The notes beneath the pieces were generated by a model. The model did no database searches. It saw only the letters and a list, made by a program, of their open reading frames with translations, and was not told the DNA's origin. The position numbers and the translations under genes are program-made. DNA of 64,000 nucleotides from an uncultured virus (IMG/VR IMGVR_UViG_3300042868_009486) (Duplodnaviria; Heunggongvirae; Uroviricota; Caudoviricetes), in the IMG/VR virus record IMGVR_UViG_3300042868_009486, positions 1-64,000 of that record. One strand, given 5' to 3'. Position 1 is the stretch's first letter; each line of letters starts with the position of its first letter. This document shows, piece by piece, positions 10,257-20,566 of this stretch.

Positions 10257-10817
10257 ATGAAAATCATAATTACAGAATCACAATATAAATTAATAGAATC
10301 TTATTCTGAAGAAGAAAAAAAGTTTAAAAAGTTATTTTTTAAAATTTGGCAAAACGAATTGGACAGTACTGGTACAATAGATTTCGATCCAAAAATTGCT
10401 GACTACGTAAATTATAATCCACAAGACAGGAAAGAAATTTACGAAATGTATAGGGATTTTCTTGGTGGTTGGGATAAAATGATAGAAAAGTCATACCAAC
10501 TAATGGATAGAACATTTGACACTATGGATTATGATTTTAGGGGTGGATATAATTTTAAGTTTAAACCGCAGTTTCATAGTGACTATGAAGAAGATAATTT
10601 GATATTTGTTAATGGACCAATTGAAAGTGACGGTAAAGTAACTTTAATAATGACTGATGGCGAAACCCACTATTTAAAAGATTTAGAAGAAAATGAAGAC
10701 TTGTGGTGGGAAATTGATAGTGAAATTAAATCAGTAATTGAAGATATATTATATCAAGAAGTTACTAAAAAAACAGGAATAATGGTTGAGACAAATTTAT
10801 GTTGGATAAAAGAATGA
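10257..10817 (+). CDS. leader-bearing hypothetical protein
   Basis: MKIIITESQY leader; TATTTAT at 10245. Confidence 0.75.
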   Translation: MKIIITESQYKLIESYSEEEKKFKKLFFKIWQNELDSTGTIDFDPKIADYVNYNPQDRKEIYEMYRDFLGGWDKMIEKSYQLMDRTFDTMDYDFRGGYNFKFKPQFHSDYEEDNLIFVNGPIESDGKVTLIMTDGETHYLKDLEENEDLWWEIDSEIKSVIEDILYQEVTKKTGIMVETNLCWIKE

Positions 10818-11218
10818 AAATAATAATCACAGAAAGTCAGTATAGAATATTGTTGGAGTCAAATACAGATTCCATGCAAAGTCTTATTGACATGGCTTTT
10901 GATCAGGTAAAAGAAAATTGTGAAGGTGGATATTATATTAGATCACATCAAAATCTTATTTGTGACCCTGTAGATATGATTGAAGAAATTAAAGTAGTGG
11001 ACGTATCAAAAGTAACATCTATGGATTATTTTGAAAAAAATAAAATGGAAGTTATACACATAAAAGTTAACTGTTATGTTGATTCAATAAATGAATATAA
11101 TAATTTAGATAATTTTATTTATGAACTACAAGCAGAGGCAAGAAACATTATTGGTGGTAGATTCATTACTATAGAAATAGGAGAAATAATTAATAAAAGA
11201 AAAGACTTCAATTGGTAA
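10814..11218 (+). CDS. leader-bearing hypothetical protein
   Basis: MKIIITESQY leader; ATGA overlap. Confidence 0.75.
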   Translation: MKIIITESQYRILLESNTDSMQSLIDMAFDQVKENCEGGYYIRSHQNLICDPVDMIEEIKVVDVSKVTSMDYFEKNKMEVIHIKVNCYVDSINEYNNLDNFIYELQAEARNIIGGRFITIEIGEIINKRKDFNW

Positions 11219-11595
11219 TGAAAATAATAATTACAGAGAACCAACTTAATGAAATGGAAAAACACATTTATGATTATATAAATGATTTGTACGATGTAAG
11301 TGATATATCTTATGGTGAACAGGAAATCTATGATTTTGATAACCGTGAGTATGTTATGTCAGACAATATTTACTTTTATAGTGGGGACTTTAGTTACGGG
11401 AAAATGGAATTTGTTTTATACCAACAAGGATATGAAACAATAGGGGATGAAAGAATATTGGTAGGTCCGGTATTATTTATTGAAGACGAAAATAAAATAG
11501 AATTATTGAGTCAATTTGGTGAATTGTGGAAACCTGTGTTTAAAAAATGGTTTAAAGATAATTTTAACTATGATATTAAAACAATTGATGCATGA
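11218..11595 (+). CDS. leader-bearing hypothetical protein
   Basis: MKIIITENQL leader. Confidence 0.75.
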   Translation: MKIIITENQLNEMEKHIYDYINDLYDVSDISYGEQEIYDFDNREYVMSDNIYFYSGDFSYGKMEFVLYQQGYETIGDERILVGPVLFIEDENKIELLSQFGELWKPVFKKWFKDNFNYDIKTIDA

Positions 11596-12485
11596 AAATC
11601 ATAATTACAGAATCACAATTAAAAATGTTGACAGAAGCAACATCTTTAGCTGATGACGAAGATTTTAGAGAAACAATCAAATCATATGAGAACGAGGTTG
11701 TTGATGCGACAGGAAAACATTATGTATTTGATGACAAGGACCCTAAAAATCCAAAGACATTTGTTAGTTCATCAAATAAAAAAAGAGGTGGAACTTTAAC
11801 GATTGGATGGGGGCATACTGGTCCTGAAGCAAAGGTTGGTGCAAAGATTACAAAAACAAAGGCAGAACAACTTCTTACATTGGATATTATAAATGAAGAA
11901 AAGAAAACAAAAAACTTATTTCCTAAATACGACACTTACCCAACTTATATAAAAAAAGCTCTTGTTAATTCAGTTTATAGAGGAGAAGCAAAAAAAGGTT
12001 ATAAATGGGTTGAGGCAATTAATGCTGGTAATTGGGATGATGCTGCGGCAAAATATCTACAAGGTTGGAACATTGATTTCTCACAAGCAAATGACCCAAG
12101 ATATAAAGGTGGTGTTGCTGATAGAATGGTTACTAATCAAGAAGCCTTTAAAAAATATGCTAAAGAATTGAAGGGAGATAAAAAAACTAACTCAGATAAA
12201 AAACCACAATCAAATAATAGTAAAGAAACTGAAAAACAGAGGTGTTTAAAAATGGAACCCATAGATGCGGCAAAAAGACCCGAATGTGATAAGTATTTCA
12301 AAAATGATTACTATATGGATTACGGGTATGATTTCTCAAAAGAATTTTATACAGTAAAATCAGGTGATACACTTTCTAAAATAGCGTCTCGATACGATAA
12401 AAGTGTTACTGTAGATAGTTTAAAAAAATTAAACGACTTGAAATCAGATAAAATAGAAGTTGGGCAAAAAATAAAAATCAAATGA
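11592..12485 (+). CDS. leader-bearing phage lysozyme (GH24-like) with C-terminal LysM
   Basis: IKSYE...LTIGWGH lysozyme motifs; YTVKSGDTLSKIA...LKKLN...I.VGQKIKI LysM. Confidence 0.75.
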   Translation: MKIIITESQLKMLTEATSLADDEDFRETIKSYENEVVDATGKHYVFDDKDPKNPKTFVSSSNKKRGGTLTIGWGHTGPEAKVGAKITKTKAEQLLTLDIINEEKKTKNLFPKYDTYPTYIKKALVNSVYRGEAKKGYKWVEAINAGNWDDAAAKYLQGWNIDFSQANDPRYKGGVADRMVTNQEAFKKYAKELKGDKKTNSDKKPQSNNSKETEKQRCLKMEPIDAAKRPECDKYFKNDYYMDYGYDFSKEFYTVKSGDTLSKIASRYDKSVTVDSLKKLNDLKSDKIEVGQKIKIK

Positions 12486-13066
12486 ATATTCTAATTACAG
12501 AAGCACAATATAGTAAACTCACCGAAGACAATCTTCGTGAGTTCTTGTATTCTTTTTGGGACAGACAAAAAAAGAATGGGGAAGAACCTTTTTTGGATGA
12601 GATGTTATACCACGTTTTAGGTATTACAAAAAATAGTATAGAAGATTACCAACAAGTTAGACCGATATGGTATCGTTATAATGGTGGTAGAGAAATATTA
12701 TACGATAAATTAGTTAAGGAAATAAGTGATAAAACATTCAGATTACAAGACGACTCACAGAATTTAAACGCCGATTTTAAAGTTGTTGGATTTGATAGTT
12801 ATGAACTGAGTATCAAAATGGAAGTTGTCCTTTTAATGTTAGATGTGGACGGTAATGGTGAAATTGAAGCATTAATTTATGAAGATGATTACGGAGAAAA
12901 TTACCGAATGGAAATAGTTTCAATTTATGAAGCGTTAAACATTGCAAGAGAGTTTTACGAGACAGGTGATTTAACAGGTTATCTTAGAAGTGTAGCTTAC
13001 GATTATTTTTATAATTTACTTGAAAAATACGGATTACCAATCGATGTTGAAGTTGACATAAAATAA
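12482..13066 (+). CDS. leader-bearing hypothetical protein, distant paralogue of 10257..10817
   Basis: MNILITEAQY leader; shared W..Q/E...G...Y...GG layout. Confidence 0.7.
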   Translation: MNILITEAQYSKLTEDNLREFLYSFWDRQKKNGEEPFLDEMLYHVLGITKNSIEDYQQVRPIWYRYNGGREILYDKLVKEISDKTFRLQDDSQNLNADFKVVGFDSYELSIKMEVVLLMLDVDGNGEIEALIYEDDYGENYRMEIVSIYEALNIAREFYETGDLTGYLRSVAYDYFYNLLEKYGLPIDVEVDIK

Positions 13067-13090
13067 AATATATTTTATATTTTTAATACT

Positions 13091-13351
13091 ATGAAAACAT
13101 TCCGTCAAGAACTCAGAAATTGGTTGAAAGAAAAAAAACAAAACGAAGAAAGTTTGGACCACTCAACCTTGTTAGAAGAAATCATTGTAAAAGTTAATGA
13201 ACTTGAAAAAGTGGAGGAAGACTCGATCAATCGTGCTTACCATCGAGGACACATGGATGGTGAAAGTAAAAAAAATCCAGCAAGTAATTATTATGCAAAC
13301 ACACATAAATCAATGAGTATATTTAGAAAGATGCTCAAAAAAAACAAATAA
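13091..13351 (+). CDS. hypothetical protein
   Basis: ORF. Confidence 0.65.
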   Translation: MKTFRQELRNWLKEKKQNEESLDHSTLLEEIIVKVNELEKVEEDSINRAYHRGHMDGESKKNPASNYYANTHKSMSIFRKMLKKNK

Positions 13352-13352
13352 A

Positions 13353-13670
13353 ATGGAAATTACAAACAACGAATTAAAACAAAAATTAAATAACGGTGAG
13401 AAAGTTATCGTTGAATTTTGGGCGCCTTGGTGTGGTCCGTGTAAAATGTTGAAACCTGTGTTCGAAAGAGTTGCAACAAGTAACACTACAGGTATTCAAA
13501 TGTATACAATGAATATTGAAGAAGGTAATAATAAAGAGATTGCAATTGAGTATGGTGTTCGTAGCATTCCTGCGATCAAATCATTTGATGGTTCAGAGTT
13601 AAGAGAAACATCTGTTGGTGTTGTATCGGAAGAAAGAATTAAAGAATTAGTATCAAGTTTAGTTTTGTAA
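13353..13670 (+). CDS. trxA: thioredoxin
   Basis: FWAPWCGPCK active site; YGVRSIP cis-Pro loop. Confidence 0.9.
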   Translation: MEITNNELKQKLNNGEKVIVEFWAPWCGPCKMLKPVFERVATSNTTGIQMYTMNIEEGNNKEIAIEYGVRSIPAIKSFDGSELRETSVGVVSEERIKELVSSLVL

Positions 13671-13741
13671 AAAAAATAAAAAACATTTTGTAGATTGAGA
13701 AAAAGTATATATCTTTGTTGAAGTTAAATGATTTAGAAATT

Positions 13742-13855
13742 ATGAAACAGGTGGAATTAACAATACAAGAAATTTGGCAAGCTACTCGACCTGTAGTGTA
13801 TAAGAGTAAAAAATCATATTCCAGAAAACAGAAACATAAAAACAAAAATATATGA
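13742..13855 (+). CDS. 37-aa basic peptide (not in ORF track), ArfA-like motif
   Basis: MKQVELTIQEIWQATRPVVYKSKKSYSRKQKHKNKNI; TATCTTTG at 13710; ATGA overlap with the next gene. Confidence 0.55.
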   Translation: MKQVELTIQEIWQATRPVVYKSKKSYSRKQKHKNKNI

Positions 13856-14604
13856 TGACACTCAACGACTTAAAATCCACAACACCCGCAGTGTTTGCAA
13901 CTGCACCATCTCCAAAAATGTCTGACAAGTATGTATTCGTACCTACGATGGACATCATGGAAAACTTCGAACTAGAAGGTTGGGAACTAGCAACAGCAAG
14001 ACAAGTAGGTAAGGGATTACATTCAATTCACGAGTTACGATTTCGTAACGGACAATTACCAAAAGTAGGTGACACATTAGTTGAAGCGGTAATTAAAAAC
14101 TCACACAACGGAATGGCAACATTCTCTGTAAGTGCAGGACTTCACCGTTTGGTTTGTTCCAACGGTCTAACAGTACCAACAGCATTATCAGAGTCATTTA
14201 AACTCCGTCACTCAAGATTTGATTTGGATGAAGTTAAACGATTGACTGAAAGTTTTGCGGGACGACTACCAAAGATTGAAGGATCTGTTAATCGCATGAT
14301 GGAACGAGAGCTCTCAACCGATGAAAAAATTGATTTCTTACGACAGTCTGCTGAGATCCGTTTTGGAAAAGAAAAAGTTCTCAAGGACATGGAGATTGTA
14401 GGACTTTTGACACCTAATCGTGATGAAGATCAAGGTGATGATATGTGGAAAGTGTTCAATGTAGTACAAGAAAAATATGTTCGAGGTGGTGTTGAAATGA
14501 CCACACAAAGAGGTAGAAGATCTAAACTCCGTGGACTACAGAACATTATCGCGGTTAATCAAGTGAATACAAAACTTTGGGAGTTGGCTGAGTCAATGTG
14601 TTAA
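13852..14604 (+). CDS. DUF932/DUF945-family protein
   Basis: S.KY.FVPT, NSHNG, AGLHRLVCSNGL, W..FN.VQE motifs. Confidence 0.8.
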   Translation: MMTLNDLKSTTPAVFATAPSPKMSDKYVFVPTMDIMENFELEGWELATARQVGKGLHSIHELRFRNGQLPKVGDTLVEAVIKNSHNGMATFSVSAGLHRLVCSNGLTVPTALSESFKLRHSRFDLDEVKRLTESFAGRLPKIEGSVNRMMERELSTDEKIDFLRQSAEIRFGKEKVLKDMEIVGLLTPNRDEDQGDDMWKVFNVVQEKYVRGGVEMTTQRGRRSKLRGLQNIIAVNQVNTKLWELAESMC

Positions 14605-14610
14605 AAAAAT

Positions 14611-14638
14611 AATCCTCACAAATGTGGGGATTTTTTTT
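14611..14638 (+). terminator. intrinsic terminator
   Basis: AATCCTCACA-AA-TGTGGGGATT plus T run. Confidence 0.7.
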
Positions 14639-14693
14639 GCAGTTCGGAAAAGTTGACTATCTTTGTATTGTAATCATTTAAACCCCATCACAT

Positions 14694-15422
14694 ATGTCAA
14701 CTACCACTCAAGTTCAAAACTACCAAGGTCATAACTCTTTCATCTTAAGAATGAAAGATGTAATCGCTAAATATGGTTCATTAACCGCAAACCAAGCGGC
14801 TGCGGTTGAGAAGATTCTAAACGCTCCTGTTGAGGCAAAACAAGTCGAGATGACTGAGGATATGAAAAAAATCCAAGCGTACGAAGGGACCAATTCTTTT
14901 GTTAAAGAAATCCAATCTAAACTTGAGAAGTTCGGTAAGTTGACAGATAAACAAATATCTGCCGCGATCACACAAATCCAAAAAGAGGAAACCAAAAACG
15001 CAACCGTTCTCATGAACATCCCTCTTGAAGGTGACACCATCATCGTTGGTCGAAATATCGGTCAGAAGATGAAAGAGGATTACAACCTCCAATTCAACCC
15101 AACACTTTTAGACATCACTAAAGTTTTGGCGGTATCACCTAAAGCTGTTAAGTTCTCAGGTAAGATGACTGTAAAACGAGGAGACATCTGTGTATGTTGC
15201 GGTAAAACACTAACTGATGAGTTTTCAATGTTGACTAAGATGGGTAAGACTTGTGCTAAACACATGAAAGTTGAATACATCACTGACAAAACACAAGCGG
15301 ACCGTTTCCGTAACGATTACCTTAAACGAGTTGAGGAAATTGGTGAGATGGTGTTTTGGGTTCCAAAACGACAAATCAAAAAATGGGAAGGAAATGGTGA
15401 CCTTCTTCTTCAGATGATATAA
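14694..15422 (+). CDS. hypothetical protein with duplicated N-terminal helical repeat and Zn-ribbon (DUF6011-like)
   Basis: Two YxG.NSF...K.G.LT..Q..A repeats; C.CCGKTLTD..S...MGKTC; TATCTTTG at 14658. Confidence 0.7.
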   Translation: MSTTTQVQNYQGHNSFILRMKDVIAKYGSLTANQAAAVEKILNAPVEAKQVEMTEDMKKIQAYEGTNSFVKEIQSKLEKFGKLTDKQISAAITQIQKEETKNATVLMNIPLEGDTIIVGRNIGQKMKEDYNLQFNPTLLDITKVLAVSPKAVKFSGKMTVKRGDICVCCGKTLTDEFSMLTKMGKTCAKHMKVEYITDKTQADRFRNDYLKRVEEIGEMVFWVPKRQIKKWEGNGDLLLQMI

Positions 15423-15565
15423 GAAACAACCCCACTTGAAAAGGTGGGGTTTTTTGCTACCTTAATGTTAACAAACTTTATCCTTTCGTTAAACATTTCG
15501 TAGATTGGTGACATATACAATTTTAATTAGTATCTATTGGTAAATAAAAACTAAAAAATTAATTT

Positions 15566-17131
15566 ATGAAACAAATTTACGCAAGTATCTTATTTTTAAT
15601 GTGTGTTCTAACAACAAACGCACAAAACACATTTTGGACACCAACAGATTATAGAGGAGCGTTTCCTGTAACAGATAACTCACCAGCAACTGATTGGACT
15701 TATGGTTGGTCTAATTGGGATCCTAACAATACAGTATACCCAACTACACAAACTACAGTTAGCTCAGATGTTACAACAAATACAACTTGGTCAGGAGTTA
15801 TCCTATTACAAAACAAAGTGTATGTTAAAAACAACGCAACACTTACAATACTTCCTGGTACGATCATCAGAGGTGACTATCAAACACAAGGAACATTAAT
15901 CATCACAAGAGGTTCAAGACTACTTGCTGATGGTGAACAATTTAATCCAATCGTATTTACATCAAACAATCCGATCGGCCAAAGAAACGAAGGAGATTGG
16001 GGTGGTGTTATTGTTTTGGGTAATGCTAAAAACAATCAACCTGGTGGTGTTGCAAACATAGAGGGTTTAAGTCCCACAAACTTCACACAACACGGAGGGA
16101 CTAATGACAACGATGATTCAGGTGTGATTAGATTTGTAAGAATCGAGTTTGCGGGTATTGCACTTGAACCAAATAAAGAAATAAACGGACTAACTTTTGG
16201 TTCTGTCGGTAATCAGACTTTGGTTGACTATGTTCAAGTAAGTAATTGTGGTGATGACTCATTTGAATGGTTCGGAGGAACTGTAAACTGCAAACATTTA
16301 ATATCATATTCATGTGTTGATGATGACTTTGACACAGACTTTGGATACAGAGGTAATGTTCAATTTGGTTTATCGATCAGAAATGAAAATTTGTCAGACG
16401 CCGTAGGTGACTCAAATTGTTTCGAATCGGATAATGACGCACAAGGTAGTGTGGCTCAACCATTGACGGCACCTATTTTTTCTAACTTCACAATTATTGG
16501 CGCGAAGAGCGATGGGACGGTTTCCCTTCCAATAGGTGAGAAATTTGAAAAGGCTTTCAGATTAAGAAGAAATACGGCAACTTCTGTTTTCAACACCATT
16601 GTTACTGGCTGGGAGAAGGGATTATCCATTGAAGGTCTACCTGTAGAAGATAATATTTTAGGGGACACAATGCACTTCCACAGTAACATTCTTTCTAATT
16701 TTAACCCTAATACTGTTTGTATTACAACAACACTTGGTGTATTATCGGTATACTTCTCACAACATGCAAACGACTCAATATCGACACATTCAAATATCAA
16801 TTGGGTGACACCATTTGTTCCACTTGGATTGACACCTGACTATCGCTTAATTGAAGGATCAACGGCAGCCGTAGGAGCAAGCTTCCCAAGTGAAATCTTT
16901 GGTGATTTAGCGTCGGTTAAAGAAAACTCAAATGACTTTAGAATCTATCCTAACCCAGCAAGTGAAGTAGTTTATGTAAGTAAGAAATCATATATCGAGT
17001 TGATCGACCAAAGTGGTAGAGTAATTGATTCTGTTAATGATAATGAAATTGATCTTCGTAACTTAGAGAATGGTGTTTACTACATCAGAGTAAACAAAGT
17101 TAAAACTAAAAAGTTAATAATTAGAAAATGA
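15566..17131 (+). CDS. secreted beta-helix-like protein with T9SS type A sorting domain
   Basis: Signal peptide; DDSFEWFGG / DDDFDTDFG repeats; C-terminal IYPNPAS...GVYYIRV..KKLII. Confidence 0.85.
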   Translation: MKQIYASILFLMCVLTTNAQNTFWTPTDYRGAFPVTDNSPATDWTYGWSNWDPNNTVYPTTQTTVSSDVTTNTTWSGVILLQNKVYVKNNATLTILPGTIIRGDYQTQGTLIITRGSRLLADGEQFNPIVFTSNNPIGQRNEGDWGGVIVLGNAKNNQPGGVANIEGLSPTNFTQHGGTNDNDDSGVIRFVRIEFAGIALEPNKEINGLTFGSVGNQTLVDYVQVSNCGDDSFEWFGGTVNCKHLISYSCVDDDFDTDFGYRGNVQFGLSIRNENLSDAVGDSNCFESDNDAQGSVAQPLTAPIFSNFTIIGAKSDGTVSLPIGEKFEKAFRLRRNTATSVFNTIVTGWEKGLSIEGLPVEDNILGDTMHFHSNILSNFNPNTVCITTTLGVLSVYFSQHANDSISTHSNINWVTPFVPLGLTPDYRLIEGSTAAVGASFPSEIFGDLASVKENSNDFRIYPNPASEVVYVSKKSYIELIDQSGRVIDSVNDNEIDLRNLENGVYYIRVNKVKTKKLIIRK

Positions 17132-17312
17132 TATATCTTTGGTTATTTGTAATATCATTTATCACTCCTACAATCATAAAAGATAGGAGGGAATACCAAG
17201 AGTGGTCTAAGAAATAATATGAACCCCATCTCAAAAGGATGGGGTTTTTTCTTTAGTCATAAAAACAAAATAACCATTCACAACACAAACAACTTATGTG
17301 ATATTTATTATT

Positions 17313-18095
17313 ATGAAATCAATTTTAGAAGAAGAATTACAAAGACTAAAACAACTTATGTTGTCAGAAGAAAGGGTTCAGAGTGACGGATATAAAAAAC
17401 TGAAACAAACTATAGATATTCTGAAAAAAAAAGACAAAGTTCTTTTATTGTCTTGTTCAAATAGATACCAATTCGATCCTAAAAAATTTGACACACCAAA
17501 ATCAAGATTGTTGGCTTTATATATCAAAGAAGAACTTGGTGACAAAGCAACTTACATAGATGTAACAGAACTTAAAATATTACCGTGTGAAGGTAATGTA
17601 TCAAGAGCTGATGGTAATTCATGCGGACTATTAAAGGCTACTCTTAAAGATAAGAAAAAGAACCCATCAGGTCATCACAGATGTTGGGTTAATATAAATG
17701 AACCATCAGACCAACTATGGAAAGTTTCAAAAGAACTTTTTGAATCAGACGCTGTGTTATTTTTCTCTTCAGTGAGATGGGGAGCAGCAAATATGTACTA
17801 CCAAAATCTAATGGAAAGACTTACATGGATTCAAAATAGACACACAACACTTGGTGAATCAAACTTGATTAAAGACATTGAGACTGGCTTTATTTGTGTA
17901 GGTCAAAATTGGAATGGTGAAAATGTGACTGAAACTCAAAAAGAAAGTCACGAATATTATGGATTTAAACCAAATCCAAAACTTTATTGGAACTGGCAAT
18001 ATACTAAAAATCAAAATGATGAAACTCAAAAATCATACAAGGCGTCTCACGATAAGTTCATCAAGGATATGAAACTTGAAGAACCTAAAAAATAA
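17313..18095 (+). CDS. leader-bearing flavodoxin-fold protein (NADPH-dependent FMN reductase-like)
   Basis: MKSILEEELQRLKQLMLSEE leader; LLLSCSNR, PCEGNVS, ESDAVLFFSSVRWG; TATTTAT at 17302. Confidence 0.7.
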   Translation: MKSILEEELQRLKQLMLSEERVQSDGYKKLKQTIDILKKKDKVLLLSCSNRYQFDPKKFDTPKSRLLALYIKEELGDKATYIDVTELKILPCEGNVSRADGNSCGLLKATLKDKKKNPSGHHRCWVNINEPSDQLWKVSKELFESDAVLFFSSVRWGAANMYYQNLMERLTWIQNRHTTLGESNLIKDIETGFICVGQNWNGENVTETQKESHEYYGFKPNPKLYWNWQYTKNQNDETQKSYKASHDKFIKDMKLEEPKK

Positions 18096-19834
18096 TGGCA
18101 ACATCGAGACCTTTTGCGTATAACACAGGATCAACAATATCGGGCACAATACAAATTGGTAATTTAGCTATAGGTGTTGATAATATAGATTATGTTGGAG
18201 GTGTAGGTGGTGTAAGATGGTGGAACGGCCCTGATGAAGATTTAGGTTATGTTGTTGCTTACCCGAACACACAAGGAAATCAACCTAACCCTGAGTTTGT
18301 TAATGCGTATTTAGGATTCAAAAGGAGTGTTTTAAAAAACGACAATAGTTTTTTAGCGTTAGTTAATAAATCATATTCACAAACATTCACAGATCCCGCA
18401 ATTGCCAAAGAGTGGTTAAACGATAATGGTTATTGGACATCATACTCAGGTATTAATACCTTAGGTTTAATCATACAATTAGATGCATATACAAGTTTAA
18501 GTTATCCAGGGACAGGATCTACAGTTTATGATATAACGAGTGGGTATGATCACACATTAACCAACGCTACTTACACAGTTCTTAACGGTATAAAATGTTT
18601 TGATTGTACTACGGGAACTAACAGAGTTGTTGTAAATGGTACTGGACCAACATTACCAACATCAGGATACACTTATATTACTTGGGCAAGATTAATAACA
18701 AGTACTGCCGGATTTAGAACATTACTTTACACAAACTCACCAAAATACACACCAATTACCATCCCTAATGGAACTAATACCTTAGGATATTGGGATACTT
18801 CCTTCAAAAGTTCAGGATATGATGTTGCATCTTCAGCTGGCGTTTGGGTTCAGTATGCGGTAGTTGGAACTAACGCATCTCAAAGATTCTACATAAATGG
18901 TTCACAAGTGGGAAGTACAATCGCTTTCGGTGCTGGAGGAATAACACATTGGGGTTGGGGGAATAATGATCTGGCAGGTCAACCTTTTGGACATGTTGCC
19001 AACATGTATTTCTATAACAGACAATTAAGTCTTTCAGAAATCACACAACAATACAATTATTTGGCTCCAAGATTTGTTGAACCAACTCCAACACCGACAT
19101 CTACACCGACATCTACACCAACTGCGACACCAACTGCGACACCAACTGCGACACCAATAGTTCCTGTAACAAGTAATCTTGTATTACATTTTGACCCAAG
19201 CAATTCGTTAAGTTATTCTGGTGCGGGTACAACAATAAATGACTTATCGGGTAACGGGTTAAATGGTACAATGTCAAATATAACATTTACAAACCCTTAT
19301 TTCACATACAACGGTTCGTCATCTCAGATTAGTGTTGCTGACAATGCATTACTCGAGCCAGGTAGTGGTGATTGGACGATTGAGTTTTGGGTAAACCATT
19401 CGGTAATTGCAGGGTCAAGTAGAGTCCTTATTGCAAAAACTGATGGCGGTAACTCTGCCGATTGGGGATATGGAATAAGAACAATTTCCAACGGTAATAC
19501 GTATATGGAAATAGGTAATGGTTCAACATCAATTACATCACCAGCAACAGGTTTAACTATTAATACTTGGTATCAAGTTGTGGGTGTATGGACTAACGTT
19601 GCAAGTAATTCATTAGCCCTTTATATAAATGGTAGTTTAGTTGGAAGTAACTCTCATTCATTTACAAGTATTAAAAACACAACATCACCTTTATACGCTG
19701 GATCATTCAATGGAGGACAATTTTCTCAATGGTTGAATGGTAGAATGGGTGTTGTAAGAATGTATAGCTCAGCATTAACGGGTTCACAGGTACTACAAAA
19801 CTTTAATGCGGATAAATCTAAGTATGGTTTATAA
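18095..19834 (+). CDS. LamG/concanavalin-A-like lectin domain protein, two domains joined by a PT linker (probable virion surface protein)
   Basis: W.Q.(A/V).V...YING..V and ..Y.R.LS..EI.Q.(Y/F)N motifs twice; PTPTPTSTPT linker. Confidence 0.8.
   Translation: MATSRPFAYNTGSTISGTIQIGNLAIGVDNIDYVGGVGGVRWWNGPDEDLGYVVAYPNTQGNQPNPEFVNAYLGFKRSVLKNDNSFLALVNKSYSQTFTDPAIAKEWLNDNGYWTSYSGINTLGLIIQLDAYTSLSYPGTGSTVYDITSGYDHTLTNATYTVLNGIKCFDCTTGTNRVVVNGTGPTLPTSGYTYITWARLITSTAGFRTLLYTNSPKYTPITIPNGTNTLGYWDTSFKSSGYDVASSAGVWVQYAVVGTNASQRFYINGSQVGSTIAFGAGGITHWGWGNNDLAGQPFGHVANMYFYNRQLSLSEITQQYNYLAPRFVEPTPTPTSTPTSTPTATPTATPTATPIVPVTSNLVLHFDPSNSLSYSGAGTTINDLSGNGLNGTMSNITFTNPYFTYNGSSSQISVADNALLEPGSGDWTIEFWVNHSVIAGSSRVLIAKTDGGNSADWGYGIRTISNGNTYMEIGNGSTSITSPATGLTINTWYQVVGVWTNVASNSLALYINGSLVGSNSHSFTSIKNTTSPLYAGSFNGGQFSQWLNGRMGVVRMYSSALTGSQVLQNFNADKSKYGL
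19081..19157 (+). repeat. 12-bp tandem repeats encoding a Pro/Thr linker
   Basis: ACACCGACATCT x2 and ACACCAACTGCG x3. Confidence 0.85.
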
Positions 19835-19855
19835 TTATTAAACTATTTATAAAAA

Positions 19856-20290
19856 ATGAAAGACATTATCAAAAACATATTGAAAGAAGAACAAGATGGT
19901 GAGTTAGAACAAAGGTTTAGAAACTCTATGCAAAAACTTCAATATATTTTTGAAAGTAATATTTCTTCTGAGATAGATTCTGTAGAGATAAGTGAAATTG
20001 AATTTGACCCAAAGTATATTCAAATTCGAGCAAAACTTACGGTTAAATCATACTTTGAGGACCACGATTTTGGTTCAATCGGTCGACATGCAGATAGTAT
20101 AGAAAATGAAGTTTATAAAATTAATCAACAATATACTTTTACAGAAAACGGTGGTTTAATCAGAAGAGGGTCTGATAATGATTGGATGTTAGGTTGTTTG
20201 CCAATTGGTATGAAATGGCAGGCAGGTGGTGAGGAATCATTTGTTTTAACATTAGAGTTTTGGGTAAATCAAGATGAATACGACGCATAA
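19856..20290 (+). CDS. leader-bearing hypothetical protein (paralogue of 21175..21603)
   Basis: MKDIIKNILKEE leader; L..RF..S...YI.ES...VE...I.FD..Y shared. Confidence 0.75.
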   Translation: MKDIIKNILKEEQDGELEQRFRNSMQKLQYIFESNISSEIDSVEISEIEFDPKYIQIRAKLTVKSYFEDHDFGSIGRHADSIENEVYKINQQYTFTENGGLIRRGSDNDWMLGCLPIGMKWQAGGEESFVLTLEFWVNQDEYDA

Positions 20291-20495
20291 TGAAAGAGTT
20301 GATTAGAAACATATTAAAAGAATATGAAGGTCCTGAAAGAAAGGAATATAGCCAAACATCCAAAAAAGGTCTTGATATTGCTATGAAAATACTTAAACAA
20401 GATTATCCTTTTATCATTGGGTGGGATTTGGTGCGGCAACAGGAGGTGCAAATGATAATCACCAATTAATCAATTGGACTTTAACATTTACATAG
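20290..20495 (+). pseudogene. deletion chimera: truncated leader gene joined out of frame to the 3' end of an L-type lectin gene
   Basis: MKELIRNILKE...KQDYPFIIGWD (like 21593); another frame, 20418-20495, reads WVGFGAATGGANDNHQLINWTLTFT*. Confidence 0.65.
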
Positions 20496-20566
20496 ATATT
20501 ACAAAACTTTAATGTGGTTAAGTCTAAATGTGGACTATAATAATCTAATAATATATTTATAAAGAT

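Noticed and set aside
19081..19157. Tandem repeat as a regulatory or contingency locus
   Set aside because: In-frame 12-bp units simply encode a Pro/Thr linker between lectin domains
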